Shown here: positions 9,307 to 19,486 of the stretch, piece by piece | Layout: each line of letters opens with the position of its first letter | Numbering within the stretch: the first letter of the stretch is position 1 | DNA from: Arcobacteraceae bacterium | Lineage (GTDB): Bacteria > Campylobacterota > Campylobacteria > Campylobacterales > Arcobacteraceae | Assembly (NCBI GenBank): GCA_963662945.1 | Contig: OY759974.1 | Location: 1,984,001-2,048,000, forward strand | DNA length: 64,000 bases | Direction: 5' to 3' | Translations under genes and position numbers: made by a program | The notes under the pieces: model-generated | Told to the model about the DNA's origin: nothing | Databases searched by the model: none | The model's input: only the letters and a program-made list of their open reading frames with translations

Positions 9307-10761
9307 ATGCTTGATACTAGACGACATTTAAAACAATTTTTTGATAAAGCATATACTATGTCTTTACAAGTTGTTTTTGCAAGTTTTTCAATCTCATTTT
9401 TCATTGCTTTTGTAGTTGCTTTTATTCCAGATTATGGGATAGATGCAAATATGACCTATACACTTTTTATTTTACTTTTTGCTGCTGGACTTTGGATAAC
9501 TGAAGCGATACCTGCTTTTGCAGTTTCTTTGTTAGTAATAGCCTTAGAAATGGTTTTGTTAGGTTTTAATAATTTTGATTTTTCTAGTGGAAGTAAAGAG
9601 TGGCAAGTATATTTACAGCCTTGGTCATCGCCACTGATCTTTTTATTTTTAGCTGGTTTTATTATGGCAGCAGCTGCATCAAAAACAAAACTGGATGTTT
9701 GGTTAGCTAAAAAAGTTTTATTTTTTGTTGGTGGACGACCACATAATATTGTCACAGGATTGATTGGTATTACCTATGTGTTGTCGATGTTTGTATCCAA
9801 TACAGCAACAGCTGCTATGATGATGACAATACTTTTACCACTTTTGGGACATATAAAAGAATCAAACCCATTTCAAAAAGCTGTTTTACTCTCAGTGGTA
9901 ATTGGAGCAAATTTAGGAGGAATGGCTACAATCATTGGAACACCACCAAATGCCATTGCAGTGGGAATTTTGGGAGAAAATGCTCCTTCATTTATAGGAT
10001 GGATTGCTTTATCATTACCGCCATCTTTATTGGTAGTTTTTATTTTACGGCTTGTTATTTTAAAAGTATATCCTTCTAGTGAACCTTTTATTGATTTAAA
10101 ATCTATAAAAGAAGTAGAGCATTTTGATGATTCTACTAAACAGTTTTCAAAAATTCCAACAATTCCAAGTTGGAAAAAAAATGTAACAGTAGCTATTTTT
10201 ACTATGACGATTTTATTATGGCTTACGGGACCTTTACATCATATACCTACAACAGTTGTATCTCTTTTACCAATTATTGGTTTTACACTTTTTGGGATTC
10301 TTGATGCAGACGATATGTGTAAAATAAGATGGGATGTGATTATCTTAATTATAGGTGGATTAAGTTTAGGTTTAGCAGTTTCTAAAACAGGACTAGATAT
10401 CTGGCTAGCTACACTTATATCGACAGATGGTATGTCAATACTATGGATTATGTTTATATTTTCCTATTTAGTTGTAGTAATTTCAAATTTTATGAGTAAT
10501 ACTGCTGCTACTAATATTATGCTTCCTATAGTGATTGCAATTGCAACAACAATATCTCAAGAAGCTAGTTATTTGGCAGTTGTAGCTGTTGCACTTAGTG
10601 CTTCTTTTGCTATGAGTTTAGCAGTATCAACACCACCAAATGCTATAATTTTTTCAAGTAAAAAAGTTCAGTCAAAAGACTTTTTAATTTTAGGTATAAT
10701 TACAGCTATTATTGGACCAGTTATAGTAATAGGATGGCTTTATCTTATTCAACTATTTTAA
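9307..10761 (+). CDS. SLC13/DASS family anion:sodium symporter
   Basis: LWITEAIP, SMFVSNTAT, IGTPPNA, FMSNTA, STPPNAI; many TM helices. Confidence 0.92.
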   Translation: MLDTRRHLKQFFDKAYTMSLQVVFASFSISFFIAFVVAFIPDYGIDANMTYTLFILLFAAGLWITEAIPAFAVSLLVIALEMVLLGFNNFDFSSGSKEWQVYLQPWSSPLIFLFLAGFIMAAAASKTKLDVWLAKKVLFFVGGRPHNIVTGLIGITYVLSMFVSNTATAAMMMTILLPLLGHIKESNPFQKAVLLSVVIGANLGGMATIIGTPPNAIAVGILGENAPSFIGWIALSLPPSLLVVFILRLVILKVYPSSEPFIDLKSIKEVEHFDDSTKQFSKIPTIPSWKKNVTVAIFTMTILLWLTGPLHHIPTTVVSLLPIIGFTLFGILDADDMCKIRWDVIILIIGGLSLGLAVSKTGLDIWLATLISTDGMSILWIMFIFSYLVVVISNFMSNTAATNIMLPIVIAIATTISQEASYLAVVAVALSASFAMSLAVSTPPNAIIFSSKKVQSKDFLILGIITAIIGPVIVIGWLYLIQLF

Positions 10762-10771
10762 AAAAATAAAT

Positions 10772-10803
10772 GTAATCATTATGTTATTATAAAAGATTAT
10801 AAT
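10772..10803 (+). promoter_or_regulatory. Pho-box-like promoter of glgP-pgk-mgtE
   Basis: GTAATC-attat-GTTATT-N9-TATAAT. Confidence 0.72.
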
Positions 10804-10832
10804 TTACAAATCACAAAAACAAGGAAACATAT

Positions 10833-12473
10833 ATGCAGATTGAACAGTATGAGTTTAGTAAAGATTATGACAAGCCAGTAGCTTATTTTTCAATGGAATT
10901 TGCGATCCATCAAGCATTGAAAATATATTCAGGAGGACTCGGATTTTTAGCAGGTTCTCATATGCGAAGCGTATATGATTTAAGACAGAATGTTGTAGGT
11001 ATTGGAATTTTATGGAGTTATGGATATTACGATCAAGCTAGAGATGAAGATAGAAATCTAAAAGTTGAATTTAGAAGAAAGTATTATCATTTTTTAGAAG
11101 AGTTAAATATTAGTGTTACAGTAGATATCAATGGAAAACCTGTTGTTGTAAAAGCATTTATGGTTCCAGCAGAACTTTTTGGTAGTGCACCTTTAATTTT
11201 ACTGACTACTGATGTTCCTGAAAATGATTATCTTTCAAGAACAATTACACATAAACTTTATGATATGCATGAAGAAACACGAATTGCACAAGAAATTGTA
11301 CTTGGTATTGGTGGGGTTAAAGTGCTTGAAGCTTTAAATCATAAAGTTGATATTTATCATATGAATGAAGGACATTCTTTACCTATGGTTTTTGAACTTT
11401 ATCATAAAATTAAAGATTTAGAGCAATTAAAAGAGATGGTAAGATTTACTACTCATACACCAGAAGCTGCTGGAAATGAAGTTCATGATATTCATCTTTT
11501 AAATAAAATGGGTTTTTTTAACTCTACACCATTAGAAGAGGTGCGAGAATTAACGCAAATACAAGATGATAGTTTTAGCTTGACAGTTGCTGCATTAAGA
11601 ATTGCAAAACTTGCAAATGGTGTATCAAAAATGCATGCAAAAGTTGCTACTGATATGTGGAAAGGATATGGCAATATTTGTCCAATTATTCCTATTACAA
11701 ATGCACAAAATAAAAGATTTTGGGCAGATAAACCGATGCTAAGAGCGTTAGATGAACATGAGGGATATGAACTTATAGCTAGAAAAAAACATTTGAAAAG
11801 AGTTTTATTTGGAGAAGTAGCAGACCAAACAGGAAAAATGTTTGATCCAGATATTTTAACAATTGTTTGGGCAAGAAGATTTGCAGAATATAAAAGACCA
11901 GGATTATTAAAATATGATTTTGAAAGATTTGAAAAACTTATCACTCGATCAAAAGAACCTATTCAAATCATTTGGGCAGGAAAGCCATATCCTCATGATA
12001 CAAATGCAATTAATATATTTAATGAATTAACATATATTTCAAGAAACTATAAAAGAGTTGCAGTATTGATTGGATATGAGTTAGAACTGTCAAGACTTCT
12101 TAAAAAAGGTGCTGATATTTGGTTAAATACTCCAAGAATCACAAGAGAAGCCAGTGGTACAAGTGGTATGAGTGCCGCTATGAATGGTGCAATTAATTTT
12201 TCTATTGCAGATGGTTGGCATCCTGAATTTTGTAAAGAAGAGGTAAATAGTTTTACAATCACAGGTGCAGATGCAAGTTTAAGTATCGAGGAACAAGACA
12301 AAAATGATAATAAAAATATGATGGATATATTAGAAAACACAATTATTCCAACATATTATGAAGACCAAACAAAATGGGTTGAGTTGATGAAAAACTCAAT
12401 GAGTGATGTTTTGTTTGAGTTTGATTCAGGTTCTATGGCTCATAAGTATTATGAAAAAATGTATAAATTCTAG
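10833..12473 (+). CDS. glgP: alpha-glucan phosphorylase family (GT35), short form, PLP-Lys replaced
   Basis: AYFSMEF, YSGGLGFLAG, HMNEGH, FTTHTP, ARRFAEYKR, EASGTSGM-S. Confidence 0.88.
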   Translation: MQIEQYEFSKDYDKPVAYFSMEFAIHQALKIYSGGLGFLAGSHMRSVYDLRQNVVGIGILWSYGYYDQARDEDRNLKVEFRRKYYHFLEELNISVTVDINGKPVVVKAFMVPAELFGSAPLILLTTDVPENDYLSRTITHKLYDMHEETRIAQEIVLGIGGVKVLEALNHKVDIYHMNEGHSLPMVFELYHKIKDLEQLKEMVRFTTHTPEAAGNEVHDIHLLNKMGFFNSTPLEEVRELTQIQDDSFSLTVAALRIAKLANGVSKMHAKVATDMWKGYGNICPIIPITNAQNKRFWADKPMLRALDEHEGYELIARKKHLKRVLFGEVADQTGKMFDPDILTIVWARRFAEYKRPGLLKYDFERFEKLITRSKEPIQIIWAGKPYPHDTNAINIFNELTYISRNYKRVAVLIGYELELSRLLKKGADIWLNTPRITREASGTSGMSAAMNGAINFSIADGWHPEFCKEEVNSFTITGADASLSIEEQDKNDNKNMMDILENTIIPTYYEDQTKWVELMKNSMSDVLFEFDSGSMAHKYYEKMYKF

Positions 12474-12479
12474 GAGAAT

Positions 12480-13691
12480 ATGATGTTAAGTAATATTGAA
12501 TTAATGCAATCAGTAAAGTCTTTAAAAGATATAGATATAAAAGATAAAAGAGTTTTAATACGAGTTGATTTTAATGTACCTTTAGATTCTCACAATAATA
12601 TTTCAGATGATAATCGTATCAAAGAAGCACTTCATACTATAAATTATTGTATTGATAATGAAGCTAAGAGTATAGTTTTAGTCACTCATCTTGGAAAACC
12701 TAAAAATGGATTTGAAGAGAAATTTTCATTAAAGCATATTATTAAAAGACTAGAAAGATTACTTGATAGAAAAGTTGAACTTGTTGATAACTTTATGGAG
12801 CAAAAAGAGCTTTTAAACAATGCAACTAATGCAAAAGTATTTTTACTAGAAAACATTAGATTTTTTGAGGGTGAAACTAAAAATGATGATATCCTTTCAA
12901 AAGAATTAGCATCACTTTGTGATGTGTTTGTAAATGATGCTTTTGGAACAAGTCATAGAGCTCATAGCTCAACAGTTGGAATTACAAAATATGTTACTAC
13001 AAAAGTCGCAGGATTTTTACTAAAGCGTGAGATAGATGCTTTTGCTAAAGCACTTTTTAAACCAACACAACCAATATGTCTAGTTGTAGGTGGGGCAAAA
13101 GTTTCTTCAAAAATTACACTTTTAAATAATATCTTGCCTAAAATTGATAAGCTTATTATTGGTGGGGCTATGTCTAATACTTTTTTAAAAGCTATAGGAT
13201 ACGATACAAAAGCTTCATTAGTTGAAGATGAGTTTTTAGATGAAGCAAATAGGATTTTAAAAACTGCACGTGAATTGAATGTGAATGTTTATTTACCAGT
13301 TGATGTGGTTATTACAGATGGTATAGATCATCCAATTGATGTTAAAATAGTACCTTCCCAAGATATGTTAGAAGGTTTTAAAGCTGTTGATATTGGACCT
13401 GCAACTGTGAAGCTTTTTGAAGAAGCAATTGGGTTATCAAATACTATTATTTGGAATGGACCAATGGGTATTTTTGAAGTAGATAGATTTAACAAAGGAA
13501 CCTTTAGAATAGCTCATGCCATAGCAGATACTTATGCTTATAGTATCGTTGGAGGTGGAGATACTGCTAGTGCTGCTGAAAAAGCTGGAGAGAAAGAAAA
13601 TATAAGTTTTATCTCAACTGGTGGGGGAGCAAGTTTGGAACTCCTTGAGGGTAAATTACTTCCAGGATTTGAAAATTTAGAGAAAATCTAA
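12480..13691 (+). CDS. pgk: phosphoglycerate kinase
   Basis: RVDFNVP, LLENIRF, NDAFGTSHRAH, GGAKVSSK, WNGPMG, GGGDT, STGGGASLE. Confidence 0.96.
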   Translation: MMLSNIELMQSVKSLKDIDIKDKRVLIRVDFNVPLDSHNNISDDNRIKEALHTINYCIDNEAKSIVLVTHLGKPKNGFEEKFSLKHIIKRLERLLDRKVELVDNFMEQKELLNNATNAKVFLLENIRFFEGETKNDDILSKELASLCDVFVNDAFGTSHRAHSSTVGITKYVTTKVAGFLLKREIDAFAKALFKPTQPICLVVGGAKVSSKITLLNNILPKIDKLIIGGAMSNTFLKAIGYDTKASLVEDEFLDEANRILKTARELNVNVYLPVDVVITDGIDHPIDVKIVPSQDMLEGFKAVDIGPATVKLFEEAIGLSNTIIWNGPMGIFEVDRFNKGTFRIAHAIADTYAYSIVGGGDTASAAEKAGEKENISFISTGGGASLELLEGKLLPGFENLEKI

Positions 13692-15037
13692 TGAATATCA
13701 AAGCTATCGATCTGTATCTTCAAAAGCTTAAAAATGGTGTAAAAGATCATGAAAGAATTGATGATGCAGATTTAGCTGATTATTTAGAGGATGTAAAACA
13801 AAAAGATGAGGATAAGTTTTTTGAATATCTGAATTCTTTACCATTAAAAATTCGTGCAGAAACTTTTATCGAACTACCAACTCCTTTTCAAATTGATTTG
13901 ATTTTAAAATATGATGCAAAAGGTTTGGCTGATATTATTGAAGTTTTAGATAGTGATGATGCAACAGATCTTTTTATAGCAATTACTAAAACAGATAAAG
14001 AAAAAGAGGAAAGTATCTTTTCTCTTTTAAGCGATACAAAACAAAAAACAATCGAAAAACTTATTAGTTATGAAAGCAATGAAGCTGGTTCGTTAATGCA
14101 AACAGAGATACTCAAAGTATCTAATTTTAGAACCATAGCTTATGCAATTGAAAAACTAGGAAAGTTAAAAGAAAAAGGGATAGGAACGGTTCAAAGTGTA
14201 TTTGTTACAGACAATACAGGAAGACTTATAAAATCAATCTCTATTGATGATTTAATTTTAGAAAAGACAGATAAAACTTTTGATGAAATTTTAGAAAAAT
14301 ATCCAGAATCTTATTCTGTAATCTCACATGATTCTGTAGATAATGTTGTAAATATCATAGAAAAATATGATTTAACAACTTTAGCAGTAGTAGATAGAAA
14401 AGGGCATCTTATAGGGAGAATTACCCATGATGATGTTATTGATATTATGCAAAAAAGAGCTACGCAACAAATCTATAATCTTAATAAAATTAATGCTGAT
14501 GAACATATCTCTGAAGAGTTTTCAAAAACAAGTAAGACCAGAGCCGTATGGCTTACGATAAATTTAGTCAATGCTATTATTGCTTCATTGGTAATAGGGC
14601 TTTTTTCTCACACTATAGAAACAATAGTTGCACTAGCAGTTCTTATGCCAATAGTTGCAAATATGGCTGGTACTGCATCTGTACAAACTATGACAGTAGT
14701 TGTAAGACAGATGGCTTTAGGTGAAATTGAGTTTAGTGATATTAAACCAATATTTATAAAAGAGATAAATATTGCAGCTATTAATGGCCTTTTATTTGGA
14801 AGTTTAGGTGCTGTTATGGCTTATGTAAGATTTGAAAATTGGCTTCTTTCTCTTTCTATTGCATTGGCAATGCTAATAAGTTTTTTATGTGCAGGTGTTT
14901 TAGCTGTAGTTGTACCAATGGTTTTGAAAAAAGTTAATTTAGACCCAGCTGTTGCAAGTTCTGTTGTAGTCTTAACTTTAGTGGATATTGTTGGATTTTT
15001 TAGTTTTTTATGGTTAGCGCAGGTAATAATGCTATAA
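13691..15037 (+). CDS. mgtE: magnesium transporter MgtE
   Basis: N-domain LDSDDA, AGSLM, CBS pair, TM region with DPAVAS...LVD. Confidence 0.9.
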   Translation: MNIKAIDLYLQKLKNGVKDHERIDDADLADYLEDVKQKDEDKFFEYLNSLPLKIRAETFIELPTPFQIDLILKYDAKGLADIIEVLDSDDATDLFIAITKTDKEKEESIFSLLSDTKQKTIEKLISYESNEAGSLMQTEILKVSNFRTIAYAIEKLGKLKEKGIGTVQSVFVTDNTGRLIKSISIDDLILEKTDKTFDEILEKYPESYSVISHDSVDNVVNIIEKYDLTTLAVVDRKGHLIGRITHDDVIDIMQKRATQQIYNLNKINADEHISEEFSKTSKTRAVWLTINLVNAIIASLVIGLFSHTIETIVALAVLMPIVANMAGTASVQTMTVVVRQMALGEIEFSDIKPIFIKEINIAAINGLLFGSLGAVMAYVRFENWLLSLSIALAMLISFLCAGVLAVVVPMVLKKVNLDPAVASSVVVLTLVDIVGFFSFLWLAQVIML

Positions 15038-15045
15038 TAACAAAA

Positions 15046-15097
15046 ATAACTGTTTTATAACTTTTATAACTGTTTTGTAACCATTGTATGTTAGAAT
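15046..15097 (+). promoter_or_regulatory. Pho-box-like promoter of DUF4912-branching enzyme operon (duplicated box pair)
   Basis: ATAACT-gtttt-ATAACT-ttt-ATAACT-gtttt-GTAACC-N9-TAGAAT. Confidence 0.65.
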
Positions 15098-15121
15098 AGA
15101 TTTATAAATGCGGGGAGTAAT

Positions 15122-15742
15122 ATGAATAGTCAACTAATAAAAGATAGTTTAGAAGAAAATAATTTTTCAAGTAGTACTCACACTATTGAAGTGATATCAT
15201 TTGATAGTAAACAAGTAGCACGAAAAGAATATCCAATACCACATAGATACTATAAAGATCAACTCGTATTACTACCAATAAACAGTAAAAAATTCTATAT
15301 GTACTGGGAATTTACAGATACATTATTACAAAAATATCATCTAGAAAATGTTACTCAGATAAAATTTAAAGTAGTTGACAGCGAAGCACATACTATAAAA
15401 GATATTGATTGCTTGGGAGAGTTGGGTGAATATTTTGTCAATGACTTAAAATATACATCAAAAATAAAAGTAGTTGCAGGATATTATAAAGATGGTGTAT
15501 TTATAGAAATAATGCATTCAAATCAGATTGGTTCATTTAATACTGAGATAAATTATAAAGGTGCTGACAAGCTTGTATATCTAAAAAAAGAGCGAGGATT
15601 TACTGAAATTATTCGTTCATCATTACAACACTTTACATTAGGAATGTCATCAGCTTCTTATATCAAAGAGATAGAAAGATTGCAAGAGTTTTCAAAATTA
15701 TCAAAAGATTTATTGTCTTCACATACATTAGGGGAAAAATAA
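15122..15742 (+). CDS. DUF4912-like protein
   Basis: IPHRYYKDQLVLLP...FYMYWE and SN motif; adjacent to GH57 branching enzyme. Confidence 0.7.
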   Translation: MNSQLIKDSLEENNFSSSTHTIEVISFDSKQVARKEYPIPHRYYKDQLVLLPINSKKFYMYWEFTDTLLQKYHLENVTQIKFKVVDSEAHTIKDIDCLGELGEYFVNDLKYTSKIKVVAGYYKDGVFIEIMHSNQIGSFNTEINYKGADKLVYLKKERGFTEIIRSSLQHFTLGMSSASYIKEIERLQEFSKLSKDLLSSHTLGEK

Positions 15743-15743
15743 T

Positions 15744-17324
15744 ATGTTAAAAGGTTATTGGATACCAGTACTTCATTCTCATCTACCGTTTGTTAAACAT
15801 CCTCAATATGAGTACTTTTTAGAAGAACATTGGCTTTTTGAAGCAATCAGCGAATGTTATATTCCGTTATTGAAAAATTTAAAAAGATTATATGATGAGG
15901 GAGTTGATTTTCGATTAACAATTTCTGTTACTCCTCCATTGGCAGAGATGTTAGATGATAGACATCTTATGGAAAAATATGAAAGATATCTTGATAGACA
16001 AATTGAACTTGGGGTTAAAGAGTGTCAAAGAACACAAGATGATGAGGTTTATAGAGGCATTGCTCATTTTTACAATGATAAATTTGTAGAGATAAAAGAG
16101 TTCTTTACAAACTTTTTACAAAGAAATGTTTTGAACGGTTATAGATTTTTTAATGATTTAGGAAAAATTGAAGTTATTACTTGTGGAGCAACTCATGGTT
16201 TTTTACCACTTTTAAGTGTTAATGAAAAAGTAGTTGAAGTGCAAATAGAAGTTGCAGTTGCAGCACACACAAAACATTTTAAAAAACCACCAAAAGGGAT
16301 TTGGCTTCCTGAATGTGCCTATTATGATGGACTTGATAAGATTTTAAAAGCAAATGGGATAGAGTTTTTCTTTGTTGATTCTCATGCTTTAATTTATGGA
16401 GAACCAACAGCTTTAAATGGTGTATATGCTCCTATTTATACGGAGCAAGCAGTTGCAGCATTTGCACGAGACCCACACTCTGCAAAACAAGTATGGAGTT
16501 CAAAAGAAGGGTATCCTGGAGATTTTAATTATCGTGATTTTTATAGAGATATTGGGTACGATTTAGACTATGAATATATAAAAGATTATATTGATCCAGA
16601 TGGTACGAGAGTTTTTACAGGGTATAAATATCATAAGGTTACAGGAGACTCAGATTATAAAGAGGTATATAATCCTTATATTGCAAGTGAAACTACAAAA
16701 TCTCATGCAGCGGATTTCCACTATAAAAGAGAACAGCAGTTTGAACATTTAGGGCAATTTATGGATAGGACTCCAATGGTTGTTTCCCCTTATGATGCGG
16801 AATTATTCGGTCACTGGTGGTTTGAAGGACCTGAGTTTTTATATAATTTATTTAAAGAGATTGAGACACATCATGTTTTTAAAGCTGTAACACCTTTAGA
16901 ATATCTTACAATGTATCCCCAAAATCAAGTTATCAATCCCAGTGCATCTTCTTGGGGAGATGAGGGGTATTATGATGTGTGGTTAAATGAAGGAAATTCT
17001 TGGATATATAGACACCTTCATAATATGGCAGATGATATTATAAATCTTGCAAATATTTACCATAATGGTGCAGACTTTAATACTACGAGAATATTAAATC
17101 AAATGACAAAAGAATTACTCTTAGCACAAAGTAGTGATTGGGCATTTTTAGTGACAACAAAAACAGCAGTTGAGTATAGTATTTTAAGAACACAAGAACA
17201 TATTTCTAACTTTACAAGTTTAAAAAATATGATTAATGGAAATATAGATTTTGAACTTCTTGAAGAGTTAGAGTATAAAAATTCTATTTTTAATTTTGTA
17301 GATTATAAAATCTTTGCATCATAA
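15744..17324 (+). CDS. GH57 1,4-alpha-glucan branching enzyme (DUF1957)
   Basis: LHSHLPFV, EEHWLFEA, WLPECAY (nucleophile), YDAELFGHWWFEG (acid/base), LAQSSDW. Confidence 0.93.
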   Translation: MLKGYWIPVLHSHLPFVKHPQYEYFLEEHWLFEAISECYIPLLKNLKRLYDEGVDFRLTISVTPPLAEMLDDRHLMEKYERYLDRQIELGVKECQRTQDDEVYRGIAHFYNDKFVEIKEFFTNFLQRNVLNGYRFFNDLGKIEVITCGATHGFLPLLSVNEKVVEVQIEVAVAAHTKHFKKPPKGIWLPECAYYDGLDKILKANGIEFFFVDSHALIYGEPTALNGVYAPIYTEQAVAAFARDPHSAKQVWSSKEGYPGDFNYRDFYRDIGYDLDYEYIKDYIDPDGTRVFTGYKYHKVTGDSDYKEVYNPYIASETTKSHAADFHYKREQQFEHLGQFMDRTPMVVSPYDAELFGHWWFEGPEFLYNLFKEIETHHVFKAVTPLEYLTMYPQNQVINPSASSWGDEGYYDVWLNEGNSWIYRHLHNMADDIINLANIYHNGADFNTTRILNQMTKELLLAQSSDWAFLVTTKTAVEYSILRTQEHISNFTSLKNMINGNIDFELLEELEYKNSIFNFVDYKIFAS

Positions 17325-17349
17325 GATAAAAGATTTACTTTTATCTTAT
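17321..17349. terminator. bidirectional hairpin at convergent GH57 stops
   Basis: ATAAGATAAAAG-attta-CTTTTATCTTAT perfect 12-bp stem. Confidence 0.7.
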
Positions 17350-19347
17350 CTCTAGTTGTAAACTATTTTGTTCTTTATTTGTAAAAGGATAGATAAATCC
17401 AAAAGTAAGACCTTGATTTGTTAAATCAACACCTTGCTCACTTTGACTTACACTATCAAGTGTACAAATAACTATCTCTATCTCTTTTGAAGTAGTGAAA
17501 ATCAACGTTTTCTCTAAATAACTATCATAAATTTCTAAAGAATTTGTTTTTATATTGTAAGGCTCTGTTTTAAGTTGTTCAGCGATGAATTTACCATTGA
17601 AAGTAAGATTTTCTAAACTTGCAAAGTGCAGATTCCATTCTTGAATGTATTGTAAAGGTTCGTTGTATTGTGCATTTACAACAATATCTAAAGTAATTGT
17701 GTTGCCTATAAACTTGTACTCTTTTTTTATTTTAGTATCATATTTTGTGTCTAAATATATTCCACCACTCCTTTGGAGTTGTAAACTGTTTTCAGTTGAT
17801 TTTATTAACTCAAAAGGTTGGTTAGTAAAGTCTGAAATTTCATGAAAATTATTATGACAAAAATCTAAAGTAGATGTTTCTTTTGACACTATATGGTCAA
17901 TAGCAGATTTTTTAAAATACCAATCTGTAGTTAAGAATATATCTTCGCTTACTTTTAATTTATTGTCATGAATAGTAGCAATCTCATCACTTACAAGTTC
18001 AACTTCAACTATCTCTTCGTGGTTTACTTCAATTTTACTATGATAAGCTTCTTCATATCTTGTAAGTGTATTTTGAAGATTGAAGTTTTTATCTAAAACA
18101 TCTAGTTCAAAAATTTGCCCACCATTTTTTAAAGAGATGATTGTAAGAAGTGTTTGTGTATTGTATTTATATTCTTTGTAACCATTACAATCTATGTCTA
18201 TTATTTCGTGTTTAGAAGGAGAAATGTTTTCACATTCTATGATATGTTTATAAGCATTATCCCTTAAATTTGGAAGATAAACTCCCCCAAAAACACCATG
18301 CCACAATACATCATTACATTGTGCCTTATAAAGTGCATCTATGTATTCTGGCTGTAGTGTTTGCTTTTTAGATAACTCTGTATATCTCTTATGAATCCAG
18401 TTACTCTCTTGATATTTTGTTAAAAAGTTTTTCCAAGTTCCACCTCTAATAAATTGTGTTGCCTGAGGGTTGTTTTCTAAAAGATGTTCTAAAGTAAGTG
18501 TATCTTGACTAGTTAAAGACCATTCTCCCATTTCGTAGTAAGAAACAGTTGGTAGGTAACTTAATCCTATTGGTGGATTGTTGAGATAAAATTCTTCAAA
18601 AGTATCAACACTTATATTTTTATTTTCCAATGTTTGTTTGAAAAAATCTCGCAACCACTCTTTTTCATAAACACTTTCATAAGTTTTTGGCCAGATACCA
18701 AACTTTTCACCATCATCGAAGATTATGGCTGCATTTTTTCCTGAAATATTAGAGAATGATTCTAAAATATTTTCTGTTTTTTCCAAACTATAAAATGGAA
18801 TTGCATATCTTAAAGCTTTATTGATAGGAAAGAGGGCGATTATTTCTCCCCCATCTTCTGTTAAGAAATATCCATTAAGATTTTCAGTTTTGATACCACT
18901 TGTAAGAAGATGATAATCATCAACAACAACATATTCTATACCACACTCTTTTAAATCTTTGATTATAGAATTATCCCAAACTCTCTCAGTTAACCATAAT
19001 CCTTTTGGTTGTTGGTTAAAATGTTTTTTAATATAACTATTGAGTTTTTGTATTTGTCCAATTCTATCTTTTGAAGAGATGGCACTAAGGACTGGTTCAT
19101 AATATCCACCAGTAAAAAACTCTAACTGATTTGATAAAGACTTCATTAAAGTGAAAAGTTCTTCATCATGTGTCTCAATATACTCTAAAAGCCAACCACT
19201 ATAGTGAACAGAACATTTAAATTTGGGGAACTCTTTTAAAACTTTAAAAAATGGTTTATAGGATTTTTCAATCGCTTCATCTAAAACCCAATCAAAATTA
19301 TCAACAGGTTGATGACAGTGGATTCCAAAAAGTAATGATGTAGTCAT
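17341..19347 (-). CDS. GH57 4-alpha-glucanotransferase/alpha-amylase
   Basis: HCHQPVDNF, GGYYEP, WLTERVW, DDGEKFGIWP, QCNDVLWHGVFGG; start moved to ATG 19347 (GGGGG RBS). Confidence 0.9.
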   Translation of the reverse strand: MTTSLLFGIHCHQPVDNFDWVLDEAIEKSYKPFFKVLKEFPKFKCSVHYSGWLLEYIETHDEELFTLMKSLSNQLEFFTGGYYEPVLSAISSKDRIGQIQKLNSYIKKHFNQQPKGLWLTERVWDNSIIKDLKECGIEYVVVDDYHLLTSGIKTENLNGYFLTEDGGEIIALFPINKALRYAIPFYSLEKTENILESFSNISGKNAAIIFDDGEKFGIWPKTYESVYEKEWLRDFFKQTLENKNISVDTFEEFYLNNPPIGLSYLPTVSYYEMGEWSLTSQDTLTLEHLLENNPQATQFIRGGTWKNFLTKYQESNWIHKRYTELSKKQTLQPEYIDALYKAQCNDVLWHGVFGGVYLPNLRDNAYKHIIECENISPSKHEIIDIDCNGYKEYKYNTQTLLTIISLKNGGQIFELDVLDKNFNLQNTLTRYEEAYHSKIEVNHEEIVEVELVSDEIATIHDNKLKVSEDIFLTTDWYFKKSAIDHIVSKETSTLDFCHNNFHEISDFTNQPFELIKSTENSLQLQRSGGIYLDTKYDTKIKKEYKFIGNTITLDIVVNAQYNEPLQYIQEWNLHFASLENLTFNGKFIAEQLKTEPYNIKTNSLEIYDSYLEKTLIFTTSKEIEIVICTLDSVSQSEQGVDLTNQGLTFGFIYPFTNKEQNSLQLEIR

Positions 19348-19372
19348 AATTCCCCCTTTTTTGAGACATTGT

Positions 19373-19404
19373 ATAATAATCAAGTTTAGTAACATATCAA
19401 TTAC
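19373..19404 (-). promoter_or_regulatory. Pho-box-like promoter of GH57 glucanotransferase
   Basis: GTAATT-gatat-GTTACT-N9-TATTAT. Confidence 0.62.
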
Positions 19405-19427
19405 GAGGATAATTGTAAAGCTAATTT

Positions 19428-19459
19428 GTAATTAAGTAGTAATCAATAATGAGTAATAT
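19428..19459 (+). promoter_or_regulatory. Pho-box-like promoter of REC-histidine kinase
   Basis: GTAATT-aagta-GTAATC-N9-TAATAT. Confidence 0.68.
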
Positions 19460-19486
19460 CAAGGAAAAAAATAAGGCAATATAATT

